Assembly (NCBI GenBank): GCA_022828105.1
Contig: JAJEJC010000001.1
Coordinates: 5,918 to 69,917 of the forward strand
DNA length: 64,000 nt
Reading direction: 5' to 3'
From: Dehalococcoidia bacterium
GTDB lineage: Bacteria; Chloroflexota; Dehalococcoidia; Bin125
Shown: positions 1 to 8,712 of the stretch, in pieces
Numbering within the stretch: the stretch's first letter is position 1
Layout: every line of letters starts with the position of its first letter
The notes under the pieces: model-generated
What the model was told of the DNA's origin: nothing
The model's database searches: none
Seen by the model: the letters and a program-made list of their open reading frames with translations, nothing else
Program-made: the position numbers and the translations under genes

Positions 1-96
1 CGCCTGCGCGTGCCGCTCGTCGTTGACCGCGCCACCGTCCCGCTCGGCCAACCAGGGAACCGGCGCCGCTGCGGGCGCCGCAGATGTCGTCACCAT
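1..96 (-). CDS. partial CDS (first 32 codons; gene continues past window start), unknown product
   Basis: ATG at 94-96 on minus strand with GAGGG about 5 nt upstream. Open to the window edge and divergent from the SDR gene. Too short to assign. Confidence 0.35.
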   Translation of the reverse strand, partial: MVTTSAAPAAAPVPWLAERDGGAVNDERHAQA

Positions 97-231
97 CAAA
101 CCCTCTGTCCAGGAGAACCGTCCGTCCAACCGCCACTACCGCTTTAGCAAGGATTTCCCCGTTCCGTCAAGTCGGCGGCGGCCTAGTATCCTGCCTACTG
201 AACCGTTTGCTGCCAGAAAGGACCCAGGGTT

Positions 232-1179
232 ATGGGCGATCGACTTGAGGGACGCGTCGCGATCGTGACCGGCGCGGGACGCGGAATCGGCCGCGGACAC
301 GCGCTGCTGCTGGCCTCGGAGGGCGCGCGCGTCGTGGTCAACGACTACGGCGGCTCGCAGGGCGGCGAACTGGACGGCGAGGCGGGTCCGGCCGACGAGG
401 TCGTGAACGCGATCAAGGACGCCGGCGGCGACGCCGTGGCCAACTACGACTCCGTAGCCGACATGGACGCCGGCGAGCGCATGGTCCAGCAGGCGTTGGA
501 CGCCTTCGGCCGGCTCGACATCCTGATCAACAACGCGGGCATCCTGCGCGACCGGATGGTCTTCAACATGTCGGAAGAGGAGTGGGATGTCGTCGTCGAC
601 GTGCATCTGAAGGGTCACTTCACGGTGACCAAGTTCGCCTCCCAGGTCTACCGCCAGCAGCGCTCGGGCCGGATCGTCAACACGTCCTCCGAGTCCGGGC
701 TGGGCAACATGGGACAGGCCAACTACGCCGCCGCCAAGGAGGGCATCGTCGGGCTGACCCGCACGCTGGCCCGCGACCTGGGCCGCTACGGCGTCACCGC
801 CAACGCGATCCGGCCCCGGGCCGGCACGCGGCTGACCCTGACCGAGGAATTGGCCGAGGCCCAGCGCCGCGCGCGCGAGGCGGGCCTGGCCGCCGGCGAC
901 GCGGGCGATATCGACTTCGGCGCCGACCGCGAGGCGATGATGGCGCCCGAGAACGTCTCGCCCTTCACCGTCTGGCTCTGCACCGACGCAGCCGCCAACA
1001 TCAACGGGCGCGACTTCCTTGTCTGGGGCAACGAAGTGGGCATGTACTCGCTGCCCACGGTCGAGGCGGCGGTCTTCGCTTCCGGCACCGGCTTCACGCT
1101 GGACGAACTCGACCGCGTCGCCGCCCAGTCCTACCTCGGCTCGCAGAAGAATCCCTGGCCCGCACAGGCCCCGCGTTAG
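232..1179 (+). CDS. short-chain dehydrogenase/reductase (SDR) family oxidoreductase
   Basis: TGAGRGIG dinucleotide-binding motif, NNAG, catalytic YAAAK (YxxxK). High GC3 315-aa ORF. Confidence 0.9.
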   Translation: MGDRLEGRVAIVTGAGRGIGRGHALLLASEGARVVVNDYGGSQGGELDGEAGPADEVVNAIKDAGGDAVANYDSVADMDAGERMVQQALDAFGRLDILINNAGILRDRMVFNMSEEEWDVVVDVHLKGHFTVTKFASQVYRQQRSGRIVNTSSESGLGNMGQANYAAAKEGIVGLTRTLARDLGRYGVTANAIRPRAGTRLTLTEELAEAQRRAREAGLAAGDAGDIDFGADREAMMAPENVSPFTVWLCTDAAANINGRDFLVWGNEVGMYSLPTVEAAVFASGTGFTLDELDRVAAQSYLGSQKNPWPAQAPR

Positions 1180-1227
1180 AGGCGTTCCCACTCTCCCCGC
1201 CCCCCACGATCCGGAAGGAATCCAGAT

Positions 1228-1923
1228 ATGGCGATCCTCGCCCACGAACACATCGAATTCGCCGCCAACGGCGGCAGCGCCTCGGGCTACCTGGCCCGTC
1301 CCGTCGAGGGCGGACCCTATCCGGGCGTCGTCGTGATCCAGGAGTGGTGGGGGCTGAATCCCAACATCTGCGACATCGCCAACCGGATCGCGGCCGAGGG
1401 TTATGTCGCGCTCGCGCCCGACCTCTTCCACGGCTCGGTGACGGCCGAGCCGGACGAGGCGCAGAAGCTGATGATGTCGCTGCAGGAGCCCAACGCGCTG
1501 GTCGACATGTCCGGCGCGGTCGCCGCCTTGCAGGCGCGCGACGAGGTCCGCGCCGATCGGATCGGCGTGACCGGGTTCTGCCTCGGCGGCGGCATGTCGC
1601 TGCTGCTGGCGATGAACAACCCGGCCGTGACCGCGGCCGCGCCCTTCTACGGCGTGCCCGGCGCGGGCATGGGCGACGCGGGCCAGATCCAGGGCGCAGT
1701 GATGGGCTTCTACGCCGGACACGACGACTGGATCACGCCCGAGGTCGTGTCGGGCATTCAGTCGGCGCTCGACGGCGCCGGGGTGCGCAACGAGATCCAC
1801 ATGTACCCGGACTCGCACCACGGCTTCTTCAACGACACCAGCCCCGACGTGCACGATCCCGAGGCCGCCGCCGACGCCTGGACGAGGCTCAAGGCCTTCT
1901 TCGCCGCCGAGCTGCAGGCGTAA
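1228..1923 (+). CDS. dienelactone hydrolase family protein
   Basis: GVVVIQEWWGLN, Cys nucleophile elbow GFCLGGG, C-terminal H (YPDSHHGF), consistent with the DLH alpha/beta-hydrolase layout. Confidence 0.85.
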   Translation: MAILAHEHIEFAANGGSASGYLARPVEGGPYPGVVVIQEWWGLNPNICDIANRIAAEGYVALAPDLFHGSVTAEPDEAQKLMMSLQEPNALVDMSGAVAALQARDEVRADRIGVTGFCLGGGMSLLLAMNNPAVTAAAPFYGVPGAGMGDAGQIQGAVMGFYAGHDDWITPEVVSGIQSALDGAGVRNEIHMYPDSHHGFFNDTSPDVHDPEAAADAWTRLKAFFAAELQA

Positions 1924-1924
1924 G
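1902..1924. repeat. 23-bp direct repeat copy 1 (CGCCGCCGAGCTGCAGGCGTAAG), last 6 codons plus stop of the hydrolase gene
   Basis: Identical 23-mer read at 3264-3286. Confidence 0.9.
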
Positions 1925-1986
1925 GACCTCAGCGCCAGCCTCGATCCCCAACGGTTATAGACGCGAGCTGCTGAAGACGAGGCATC

Positions 1987-3036
1987 GTGATTGACACTAC
2001 GAACCACAGCCGGGCAAGCGCCGCGCTACTGATCTATAAGACCGCAACGCGACGATTCATCGCTCGTGCGCTGAAGACTCAAAATGGTGGCACTGGCGAT
2101 TGGTTTGCCGATCTCGTGCTTCCGAGCCTTTCTGGACCCCCAGCAGAGCATTTGAAGCAGCGGGTAGAAGAGGCTACCGAAAGTGGTGTCATCGTCAGCC
2201 GAGGGGGTCAAGACGACGACGGTCCGGAGCGCTTCCTCGAAGAAGCACACTTCCCACACATCGTGAAGGAAAACTGGGGCGCATTTCGTTACTGGCTGAA
2301 AGATCGCAACACAGTCCTGAAGCGACTTCGGCAGATCAAGGGCTACCGGAACGACGTAGTGGCACACAGCTACCAGCCTGTGTCGGAAGACCAAGTGACC
2401 GACATCATTCAGGCCTGTCAAGCTGTCGTTGAGCTGTTTGATTCCTCTGCATCCGATCAACTCGGAGAACTGCTGATGACCCCGGAGGTCCTACAAGAGT
2501 CGTCTGACTCCGTTTCAGAAGTTGTCCTGAGCAGTGCACAGCCGGAGACGCTAGATAGAGGCGCTGACTTGCCGAAGGCAGCAATTGACGCAGGCGCGCC
2601 ATCTGGCTGCCCACCGAGCGACGAAGCCAGGGCATCCGGTTCGACTGAAGGCGGAGGTGTTCCGAGGAGCGAAGAAGAAGGTGCGTGGCAAGGTGTGCTG
2701 AAGTTTGAACGAGAGCGACGCCGGCGTGCCGCCCGTCTTGACAGACTGATTCGACAATTCGTGCAGGCAGGTGAGGCGCAGTACCAGATTGAAGAACTCA
2801 AGGGCACGCTCGAAGAGTTGGGAACCGAGTCAGAACAAGACCTTGACGATTCGTGGAGTGAACTGCACTCGCTACGCTGGCTGACCATCCTACCCGAGTT
2901 GGTTGCACAGGTCATCGAAGAATCGGGCGGCTTCGATACGGTGGCCAATAGCCGCGATGGCGAGGTTGGGTTCTATGCAGAGGGCTCGAGTAAGTCCGTG
3001 GACTTGAAGATCATCCTCGAAGTCCGGGACCGATAA
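1987..3036 (+). CDS. Swt1-like HEPN domain protein (putative RNase effector) with acidic/coiled C-terminal half
   Basis: Rx4-6H motif in KGYRNDVVAH preceded by NWGAFRYWLKDRN context typical of Swt1-type HEPN. GTG start. AT-richer codon usage than neighbours. Confidence 0.65.
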   Translation: MIDTTNHSRASAALLIYKTATRRFIARALKTQNGGTGDWFADLVLPSLSGPPAEHLKQRVEEATESGVIVSRGGQDDDGPERFLEEAHFPHIVKENWGAFRYWLKDRNTVLKRLRQIKGYRNDVVAHSYQPVSEDQVTDIIQACQAVVELFDSSASDQLGELLMTPEVLQESSDSVSEVVLSSAQPETLDRGADLPKAAIDAGAPSGCPPSDEARASGSTEGGGVPRSEEEGAWQGVLKFERERRRRAARLDRLIRQFVQAGEAQYQIEELKGTLEELGTESEQDLDDSWSELHSLRWLTILPELVAQVIEESGGFDTVANSRDGEVGFYAEGSSKSVDLKIILEVRDR

Positions 3037-3263
3037 CACTTCGAACTCTGCCCTCCTAGAGTTTCTACAGGCCTCTCCCTTCGGCGTGGATCGTCAACCA
3101 GGGTCTCCGACTGGGGCTGCCTGACGACCTGCTCGAATAGGCCGTGGCGATCAGATGCTCCCGCCCTTCGACCGTCGCACCCGACACGTCGCGACCTACT
3201 GGAGGAATGGAGGAACTGACACGATCGCCGAACACTGAGTCGTCTCAGCCGACCGACCGCCGC

Positions 3264-3286
3264 CGCCGCCGAGCTGCAGGCGTAAG
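3264..3286. repeat. 23-bp direct repeat copy 2
   Basis: Identical to 1902-1924. Would encode AAELQA-stop in one frame. Confidence 0.9.
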
Positions 3287-3316
3287 TCCTCGATCTTCGC
3301 CGGACGGGCACGAGCG

Positions 3317-3340
3317 ACGCCCCCTCGGTCGAGGGGGCGT
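3317..3340 (+). terminator. GC-rich hairpin, probable intrinsic terminator
   Basis: ACGCCCCCTC-GGTC-GAGGGGGCGT followed by TTTCGTGTG. Lies between convergent genes. Confidence 0.5.
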
Positions 3341-3368
3341 TTCGTGTGAGCGTCCGCTGAGTCGGGCC

Positions 3369-3701
3369 CTAGAGCTCCAGCATGCCGGTTTCGCCCTCGT
3401 CGGCTTCGTTTTCGGACTCCTTGTCCGCGCCGAGGCCGACGCCGATGTAGACGAAGCCGCCGGCGGCGAGGCCGATGAACAGGCCCGCGCCGATGATGAT
3501 CCAGAGCAGCCAGGCGTCAAAGCCGCCGTCGGCCGAGGAGAGGTGCTGATTACCCGCGCCGAGGTTGATCAAAATCGCGTGGACCGCGATGGCGAGGATG
3601 TTGCCGACGATCAGGCCGGGCGCCAGCAGCGCCAACTGGATTGGGATCGGCGCGTCTTTGAGCCACTGCGGCATCATGAAGGAGGGAACCAGGGGTGGCA
3701 T
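3369..3701 (-). CDS. small integral membrane protein (about 3 TM), unknown function
   Basis: Internal ATG at 3699-3701 preceded by GAAGGGAAG. Hydrophobic segments LALLAPGLIVGNILAIAV and LLWIIIGAGLFIGLAAGGFVYIGV. The upstream extension in the track looks non-coding. Confidence 0.55.
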   Translation of the reverse strand: MPPLVPSFMMPQWLKDAPIPIQLALLAPGLIVGNILAIAVHAILINLGAGNQHLSSADGGFDAWLLWIIIGAGLFIGLAAGGFVYIGVGLGADKESENEADEGETGMLEL

Positions 3702-3845
3702 CGCAACTTCCCTTCGCTCACTGGGGCGGCGACGGTTTGAACGGCTTGTCCAAGTATCGCCCGAGTCGCCCATTCCGTCTAGGCGCCTGATCGAATGGAT
3801 ACTGTCCAATGCCCCCATAGCGCAATCGCGGATACGATAACGCGT

Positions 3846-5783
3846 ATGTCAACGAGACTCTCGCGCGGTCGTTGGACCGCCTTGCGCCGCCGCCGCCTCT
3901 CACGACGCACGCTGCTTCGCGCCACCGCACGCGCCGGGGTCGGAGCAGCGGGACTGGCGCTGGTCGGTTGCTCGGATGACGAGGAGCCGGCGCCCGAGCA
4001 GCAGGCGCAGCCGCTCCAGGATGCGGAACAGGACGCGCCCCAGCCTCAGCAGCAAGCGGCGCAGCAGTCGGCCCAGCAATCCGCCCAGCAATCGGGCTCG
4101 GCGCCGGACGGCGAGCAGGGCAATCGGCCGCCGCCCAGCGGTCCTGCGCGCGGCGGGATCATCCGCGCCTGGCTGCCGGTCGAGCGGCACGATCGCTGGG
4201 ACCCGCACCGTTCCCGCTTCCGCTACACGCAGGCAATGCACAGCCTGATGTACAACCGCTTGATCCGACCGGCGTCCGTATCGACCGGCGAACTCGAGGC
4301 CGACCTCTGCGCGCTGCCGGAGACGCCCGACGAGACGACCTACATCTTCACGGTCGATCCGGCAGCGGTCTTCTGGGACAACGAGCCGGCCAACGGGCGC
4401 GCGGTCACGGCCGAGGATGTCCGCTGGAACATCGAGCGCCAGCAGTCCGCGCTCGACGCCGACGGATTGCCCGATCCGCACTTCTTCCGCCGCGCCGGCT
4501 ACGCACGCACCGCCGCCGCCGAGGTCAGCTCCGAGGGCTCGATCCGCCTGACCACCGCCGAACCCGACGCCGCCTACCTCGGATCGGTGCACGCGTCGCC
4601 ATTCGCCTGGATCACGAGTCCCGAGGCGGCGGAACAGTTCGGCGACGCCTGGCGCGACGATCCGTCCGACGTGTTTCTCAACAGCGGCAGTGGCCCCTAC
4701 ACGCCGCTGCTCTACAACGGCGTCGAACTGACCCTGGCGCGATCCAGCAACTGGTGGCGGGGCGACTCCGCCTGGGCGGACGGCGTGACGTTCACGTCCG
4801 GCGATCCCAACGGCATCGCCGGTCTCTACGACACATCGGCCGTGGATCGCGCCGATTTCCCGCTGACCAACGAGACCGTCGAAGCGCTGCGCGAGCGGCA
4901 TCCGGAGCACCCGGCGGTCGAGCTGCCGCTCGCGGCGGCGGTCGAACTGCTCGCGCCGCTCTCGGACGAAGTCGGCTCGCCGCTCGGCGACCCCCGCATC
5001 GTCCGTGCGATTGGCCTCGCCGTCGACCGGCAGCAACTGCTGCAGCGGCTCTACGACGGACACGGCCGCGCGTCGGGTCCACTGCCCTGGTTCCTCGAAG
5101 GCTGGACGTTGAGCGAACGATTGCTGTCCGCGCTGCCTGGATACCGCGGCGATCGCGACGCAGACCTCGCCGAAGTCGCTGCGCTGGTCTCAAGCGCCGG
5201 CGGTGCGACCGGCGTGCCGATTCCGTTGGTCGTGGCCGACCTGTTCGAGGGCTTCTTTCCCGGCTCAGGCGAAGCGGCGCGCGGCATGATCGCCGAGTCC
5301 AGCGGGCTCGACGTGGCGCTCGAGTTTCGTCCCTTCGCCGAGGCGATCGACCAGATGCGCGCCGGCGAGCGATTCTGTTTCCTCGGCTGGGGCGCGGCGC
5401 CGCAGCAGGCCGATCCGACCGATATCTGGCTCGACACGCTGCACTCGCAGGGCGCGCGCCGCTGGAGCGGCGGGGCGAGTCCCGAGCTCGACGCGCTGAT
5501 CGAGCAGATGCGGACCACGTTCAATCTCGGCGCACGCCAGGACCTCGGTCACCAGGTGCAGGAAATGCTGCTGCGCGGCGAAGCCGTCCAGTGGCAGATT
5601 CCGTTGATCAACGGCATCCAACTCGGCCTGCACCAGCCCTGGCTGCATCCCGACCCGCGCCTGTTCGAGTACGCCTGGTCGACCGACCGCGTGAGCACAA
5701 GCTGGCTGGACACCGGCCACGAGTCCTATCCGACCGACCGAGCTCTGCCGGAGCCGGAGGCGGAGGACGACGCGGGCGGCTAG
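3846..5783 (+). CDS. ABC transporter substrate-binding lipoprotein, family 5 (peptide/nickel type), Tat signal
   Basis: RRRRLSRRTLL twin-arginine motif plus LALVGCS lipobox, then a Q/A/E-rich linker. Size and C-terminal pattern fit SBP_bac_5. ATG at 3846. Confidence 0.8.
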   Translation: MSTRLSRGRWTALRRRRLSRRTLLRATARAGVGAAGLALVGCSDDEEPAPEQQAQPLQDAEQDAPQPQQQAAQQSAQQSAQQSGSAPDGEQGNRPPPSGPARGGIIRAWLPVERHDRWDPHRSRFRYTQAMHSLMYNRLIRPASVSTGELEADLCALPETPDETTYIFTVDPAAVFWDNEPANGRAVTAEDVRWNIERQQSALDADGLPDPHFFRRAGYARTAAAEVSSEGSIRLTTAEPDAAYLGSVHASPFAWITSPEAAEQFGDAWRDDPSDVFLNSGSGPYTPLLYNGVELTLARSSNWWRGDSAWADGVTFTSGDPNGIAGLYDTSAVDRADFPLTNETVEALRERHPEHPAVELPLAAAVELLAPLSDEVGSPLGDPRIVRAIGLAVDRQQLLQRLYDGHGRASGPLPWFLEGWTLSERLLSALPGYRGDRDADLAEVAALVSSAGGATGVPIPLVVADLFEGFFPGSGEAARGMIAESSGLDVALEFRPFAEAIDQMRAGERFCFLGWGAAPQQADPTDIWLDTLHSQGARRWSGGASPELDALIEQMRTTFNLGARQDLGHQVQEMLLRGEAVQWQIPLINGIQLGLHQPWLHPDPRLFEYAWSTDRVSTSWLDTGHESYPTDRALPEPEAEDDAGG

Positions 5784-5784
5784 A

Positions 5785-6192
5785 TCAGGCCCAGCGGCGT
5801 TGGTGTTCCCGTTCGAACTCGAGGATGCGGCGGTAGACGCGCACCATCTCGCGATCGCGCGCCAGCGGTTCCTGCGGCGGCTTAATCACCGCGCCGCCCA
5901 GCGCCTCGACGATCTCGCGGTGGTCGTCGATGATGAAGTCGGGCACGATGTCGGTGAACAGGTACAGGCGCTGGCGGTACTGGAAGATCGGCTTGCCCAT
6001 GATCCCGGCGAGCAGCGGCCAGAGGTCGTGCTTGTCGGCGACCTCGCGGCGCGCGCCGTAACCGGACCACATGTAGACGTGGTGTCCGCGCTCCTGCAGC
6101 CGCTCCAGCACCTCGCGGGCGTAGGGTCGCAGGTGCAGGTTCCAGGAGACGAGACAGCCGTCGACGTCGAAGAAGATGTTGAGCGGGCGCAC
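5785..6192 (-). CDS. HAD-superfamily phosphatase-like protein (small)
   Basis: Motif I FFDVDGCL (DxDx), later IIDDH acidic motif. 135 aa. Confidence 0.6.
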   Translation of the reverse strand: MRPLNIFFDVDGCLVSWNLHLRPYAREVLERLQERGHHVYMWSGYGARREVADKHDLWPLLAGIMGKPIFQYRQRLYLFTDIVPDFIIDDHREIVEALGGAVIKPPQEPLARDREMVRVYRRILEFEREHQRRWA

Positions 6193-6335
6193 GAACGTTA
6201 GCCTAGCGGCACATGTCGCATGCAGCCCGGACCCTGCAGTCGTGGTGCCGCCACCTGAACGAGGCCGACCCCGGCCGCCACTTCCGGATGAAGAGCGGGC
6301 GGGAGTGCTGGCGCTGCGCCTGCCGCAACCGGGGC

Positions 6336-6527
6336 ATGCTGCGTCGGTCGCTGCTGACCTCGGCGGTGGTGGGGACGATCCTGGTCGCGATCAACCAGGG
6401 CACGGTGATCGTCGGCGGCGATGGGACATCGGAGTTGGCCTGGAAGATCCCCTTGACCTACTGCGTCCCGTTCCTGGTGGCGAGTTGGGGCGCGCTGGGG
6501 AATGCATATGCGCGGGGTGGGTCCTGA
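6336..6527 (+). CDS. NrtS-family putative nitrate/nitrite transporter-like small membrane protein
   Basis: LRRSLLTSAVVGTILVAINQG ... KIPLTYCVPFLVASWGAL resembles the NrtS two-TM pattern. Alternative starts at 6213 and 6288 cannot be excluded. Confidence 0.55.
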   Translation: MLRRSLLTSAVVGTILVAINQGTVIVGGDGTSELAWKIPLTYCVPFLVASWGALGNAYARGGS

Positions 6528-6559
6528 GTGTCGAGGTACGCTCTCCCGAAGTGGGAGGG

Positions 6560-7450
6560 ATGCCTGTGTCAGTCAGACTTGTGTGCTGGAACATTGCCAA
6601 GCGGATTCAGACGTGGCATGAACTCGTTGCCATGGAGGGCGTCGATGTCGCGCTGTTGCAGGAAGCGGGGACGGTTCCGCCAGAGGTCGCGAGTCGTGTG
6701 ACGCCCGGTCCGGATGCGCACTGGGACTCGCATTTGTGGAACGCGCGCTGGTGGGACGAACAGCGATTCCCTCACCTGCTTGAGCGTTGGCCGAAGGTGG
6801 TCAAGCTGTCGGACCTCGTCGACATTGAGTGGTTCAAGCAGGTCAGCCCGATCAGCCTTGTCGCTCCCGATGAGATTGCCGTGAGTGGCATCGGCACCAT
6901 CGCCGCTGCACGAGTGACTCCTCAGGACTCAGAGACGGAGCCATTCATCGTCATCTCGATGTACGCACGCTGGATGAGTCCGCACCCATCAACGGGAAGC
7001 AAGTGGTCAGTCGGCTACTCGGACGGTTCAGCGCATCGGATCATCTCCGACCTCTCAGCCTTCATCGGCAACGCGGACCCCGCCACACATCGAATCCTCG
7101 CTGCCGGAGACCTCAACACGGTCTTCGGCAGCGAACCGAACGACCCACAAGCGCTCGCGGCTCGAGACCAAACCATCTTCGACCGGATGGAGGCGTTGGG
7201 CCTGGAGCTGCTGGGACCGCGTTCTCCCGGCGGCCGTCAAGCATCCCCAACTCCGGAGGGGCTGCCGGCAGACACGCGTAACGTACCGACGTTCAAATCA
7301 AGCCGTCAGACACCGGAGACTGCGCAGAGCCAACTCGACTACGTGTTCGCGTCGAGAGGCTTCCACGAGCGGATCAAGGTGCGAGCGCTGAACTCTCCCG
7401 AGGAGTGGGGCGCGAGCGACCACTGCCGCCTGCTGATTGAGATCGACTGA
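6560..7450 (+). CDS. endonuclease/exonuclease/phosphatase (EEP) family protein
   Basis: ATG at 6560 behind GGGAGG. N-terminal VCWNI ... LLQEA and C-terminal SDHCRLL are typical EEP catalytic motifs. Lower GC than the flanks. Confidence 0.75.
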   Translation: MPVSVRLVCWNIAKRIQTWHELVAMEGVDVALLQEAGTVPPEVASRVTPGPDAHWDSHLWNARWWDEQRFPHLLERWPKVVKLSDLVDIEWFKQVSPISLVAPDEIAVSGIGTIAAARVTPQDSETEPFIVISMYARWMSPHPSTGSKWSVGYSDGSAHRIISDLSAFIGNADPATHRILAAGDLNTVFGSEPNDPQALAARDQTIFDRMEALGLELLGPRSPGGRQASPTPEGLPADTRNVPTFKSSRQTPETAQSQLDYVFASRGFHERIKVRALNSPEEWGASDHCRLLIEID

Positions 7451-7451
7451 C

Positions 7452-8636
7452 CTAGCGCGGCAGGCCGAGGCCTCGGGTGGCGATGATGTTGCGCATGATC
7501 TCGGAGGTGCCGGCGGCGATGGTGAGCGGGACGGCGTTGAGGTACTCGTCGGGCAGGCGGCCGTGGAGCGGGGCGTGGGCCTGCTCGCCCGAGAGGCCGC
7601 CGGCCAAGCCGAACATGTTGATCATGCCAGCCAGGCGCTGATTGATCATCGTGCCGTAGAGCTTCGACATCGAGGCCTCGTGGTTGGGCACCAGGCCCTG
7701 CGACTGCATCCAGGCGACGCGGTAGGCAAGCCAGCGGCCGACGGTGAACTCGATTTGCAGGTCGGCCAGCTTGTGGCGAACGCGCGGGTCCTCGTCGGGC
7801 CGCGTGCCGTCGGGTCGCGGCTGGCTGGCCAGCTCGGTCAGCTCGCCCAGGAGACGCACGCCGGAGACCACGCGGGAGATGCCGGAGCGCTCGAAGTCGA
7901 GCGTGGTCGTGGCGACGTACCAGCCGCGGTTTTCCTCGCCGACCATGTTCGAGGCGGGGACGCGGACGTCCTCGAAAAAGACCTCGTTGAAGTGGTGGCG
8001 GTTGGCCATATTGACCAGTGGTCGGACGGTGATGCCGGGCGTCTTCATGTCGAGCAGGAAGAAGGAGATGCCGCGGTGCTTGGGCGCATCCGGCTCGGTG
8101 CGGGCGAGCATGAAGATGTAGTCGGCGTGCTGCGCGCCCGAGGTCCAGATCTTCTGGCCGTTGATGATGTAATCGTCGCCGTCGCGGATCGCGCGGGTCT
8201 GCAGCGAGGCGAGGTCGGAGCCGGAGCCGGGCTCGGAGAATCCCTGGCACCACTGGATGTCGGCCGAGCGGATGCGGGGCAGAAAGAACTCCTTCTGCTC
8301 GTCCGAGCCGTACATGATCACCGTCGGTCCGACCCGGTCGACGCCCTGGTTGTAGACCGGCGCGCGGTGGTGGGCCATGGTCTCGTTGAACATCGCCTGG
8401 CGGATCGGTCCCGCGCCGGCGCCGCCGTGCTCTACCGGCCAGCCCAGGGTCAGCCAGCCGCGGTCGGCTAACGCGCGGTGAAATCCGCGGGTAAACTCCC
8501 AGCGCTCGCGGTTGGCCGCGCCGTCCTCGGCCGGTCCCTCGGAGAGGTCGGCCCAGCCCGGAGGCAACTGCTCGCCGAGGAAGTCCAGCACCTCCTCGCG
8601 AAAGGCCACGTCTTCCGCCGAGAATTTGAAGTCCAT
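7452..8636 (-). CDS. acyl-CoA dehydrogenase family protein
   Basis: QGFSEPGSGSDLASL ACAD signature. Start at MDFKFSAEDVAF (ATG 8634-8636). Confidence 0.9.
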   Translation of the reverse strand: MDFKFSAEDVAFREEVLDFLGEQLPPGWADLSEGPAEDGAANRERWEFTRGFHRALADRGWLTLGWPVEHGGAGAGPIRQAMFNETMAHHRAPVYNQGVDRVGPTVIMYGSDEQKEFFLPRIRSADIQWCQGFSEPGSGSDLASLQTRAIRDGDDYIINGQKIWTSGAQHADYIFMLARTEPDAPKHRGISFFLLDMKTPGITVRPLVNMANRHHFNEVFFEDVRVPASNMVGEENRGWYVATTTLDFERSGISRVVSGVRLLGELTELASQPRPDGTRPDEDPRVRHKLADLQIEFTVGRWLAYRVAWMQSQGLVPNHEASMSKLYGTMINQRLAGMINMFGLAGGLSGEQAHAPLHGRLPDEYLNAVPLTIAAGTSEIMRNIIATRGLGLPR

Positions 8637-8712
8637 GATCGTGCTCCCGCCGCGATTGGTCCGTTCGGTCAGATTAACAGAGGGCCCGCGGTTCGCCACT
8701 AGACTCTCTCTC

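Larger units (their letters stand above)
1902..3286. mobile_element. putative integrated islet (HEPN cargo) bounded by 23-bp direct repeats
   Basis: Perfect 23-bp direct repeats, visibly lower GC between them, single cargo ORF, displaced terminator-like hairpin after the distal repeat. No integrase seen. Confidence 0.55.

Noticed and set aside
136-2007. 623-aa ORF on the minus strand spanning the SDR and hydrolase genes
   Set aside because: It is antisense to two well-supported genes with clear family motifs. The Arg/Gly/Ala/Val-rich, motif-free translation is typical of high-GC shadow ORFs.
2973-3311. 112-aa minus-strand ORF inside the HEPN islet as a possible antitoxin
   Set aside because: It overlaps the 3' end of the HEPN gene and the distal direct repeat. 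The translation is R/S-rich, and there is no RBS or recognisable fold.
3900-5063. 387-aa minus-strand ORF inside the ABC binding-protein gene. The same kind of ORF occurs at 7437-8471, 12184-13689, 13653-15131, 28010-29482, 43413-44657 and 46276-47271.
   Set aside because: All are antisense or alternative-frame to genes with strong motif support. They are R/G/A/P-rich low-information translations, which are high-GC artefacts.
6176-6559. N-terminal 128-aa extension of the EEP ORF in the track
   Set aside because: The extension is P/G/R-rich, overlaps the NrtS-like gene in another frame, and the EEP homology begins at the ATG at 6560, which has a GGGAGG SD.
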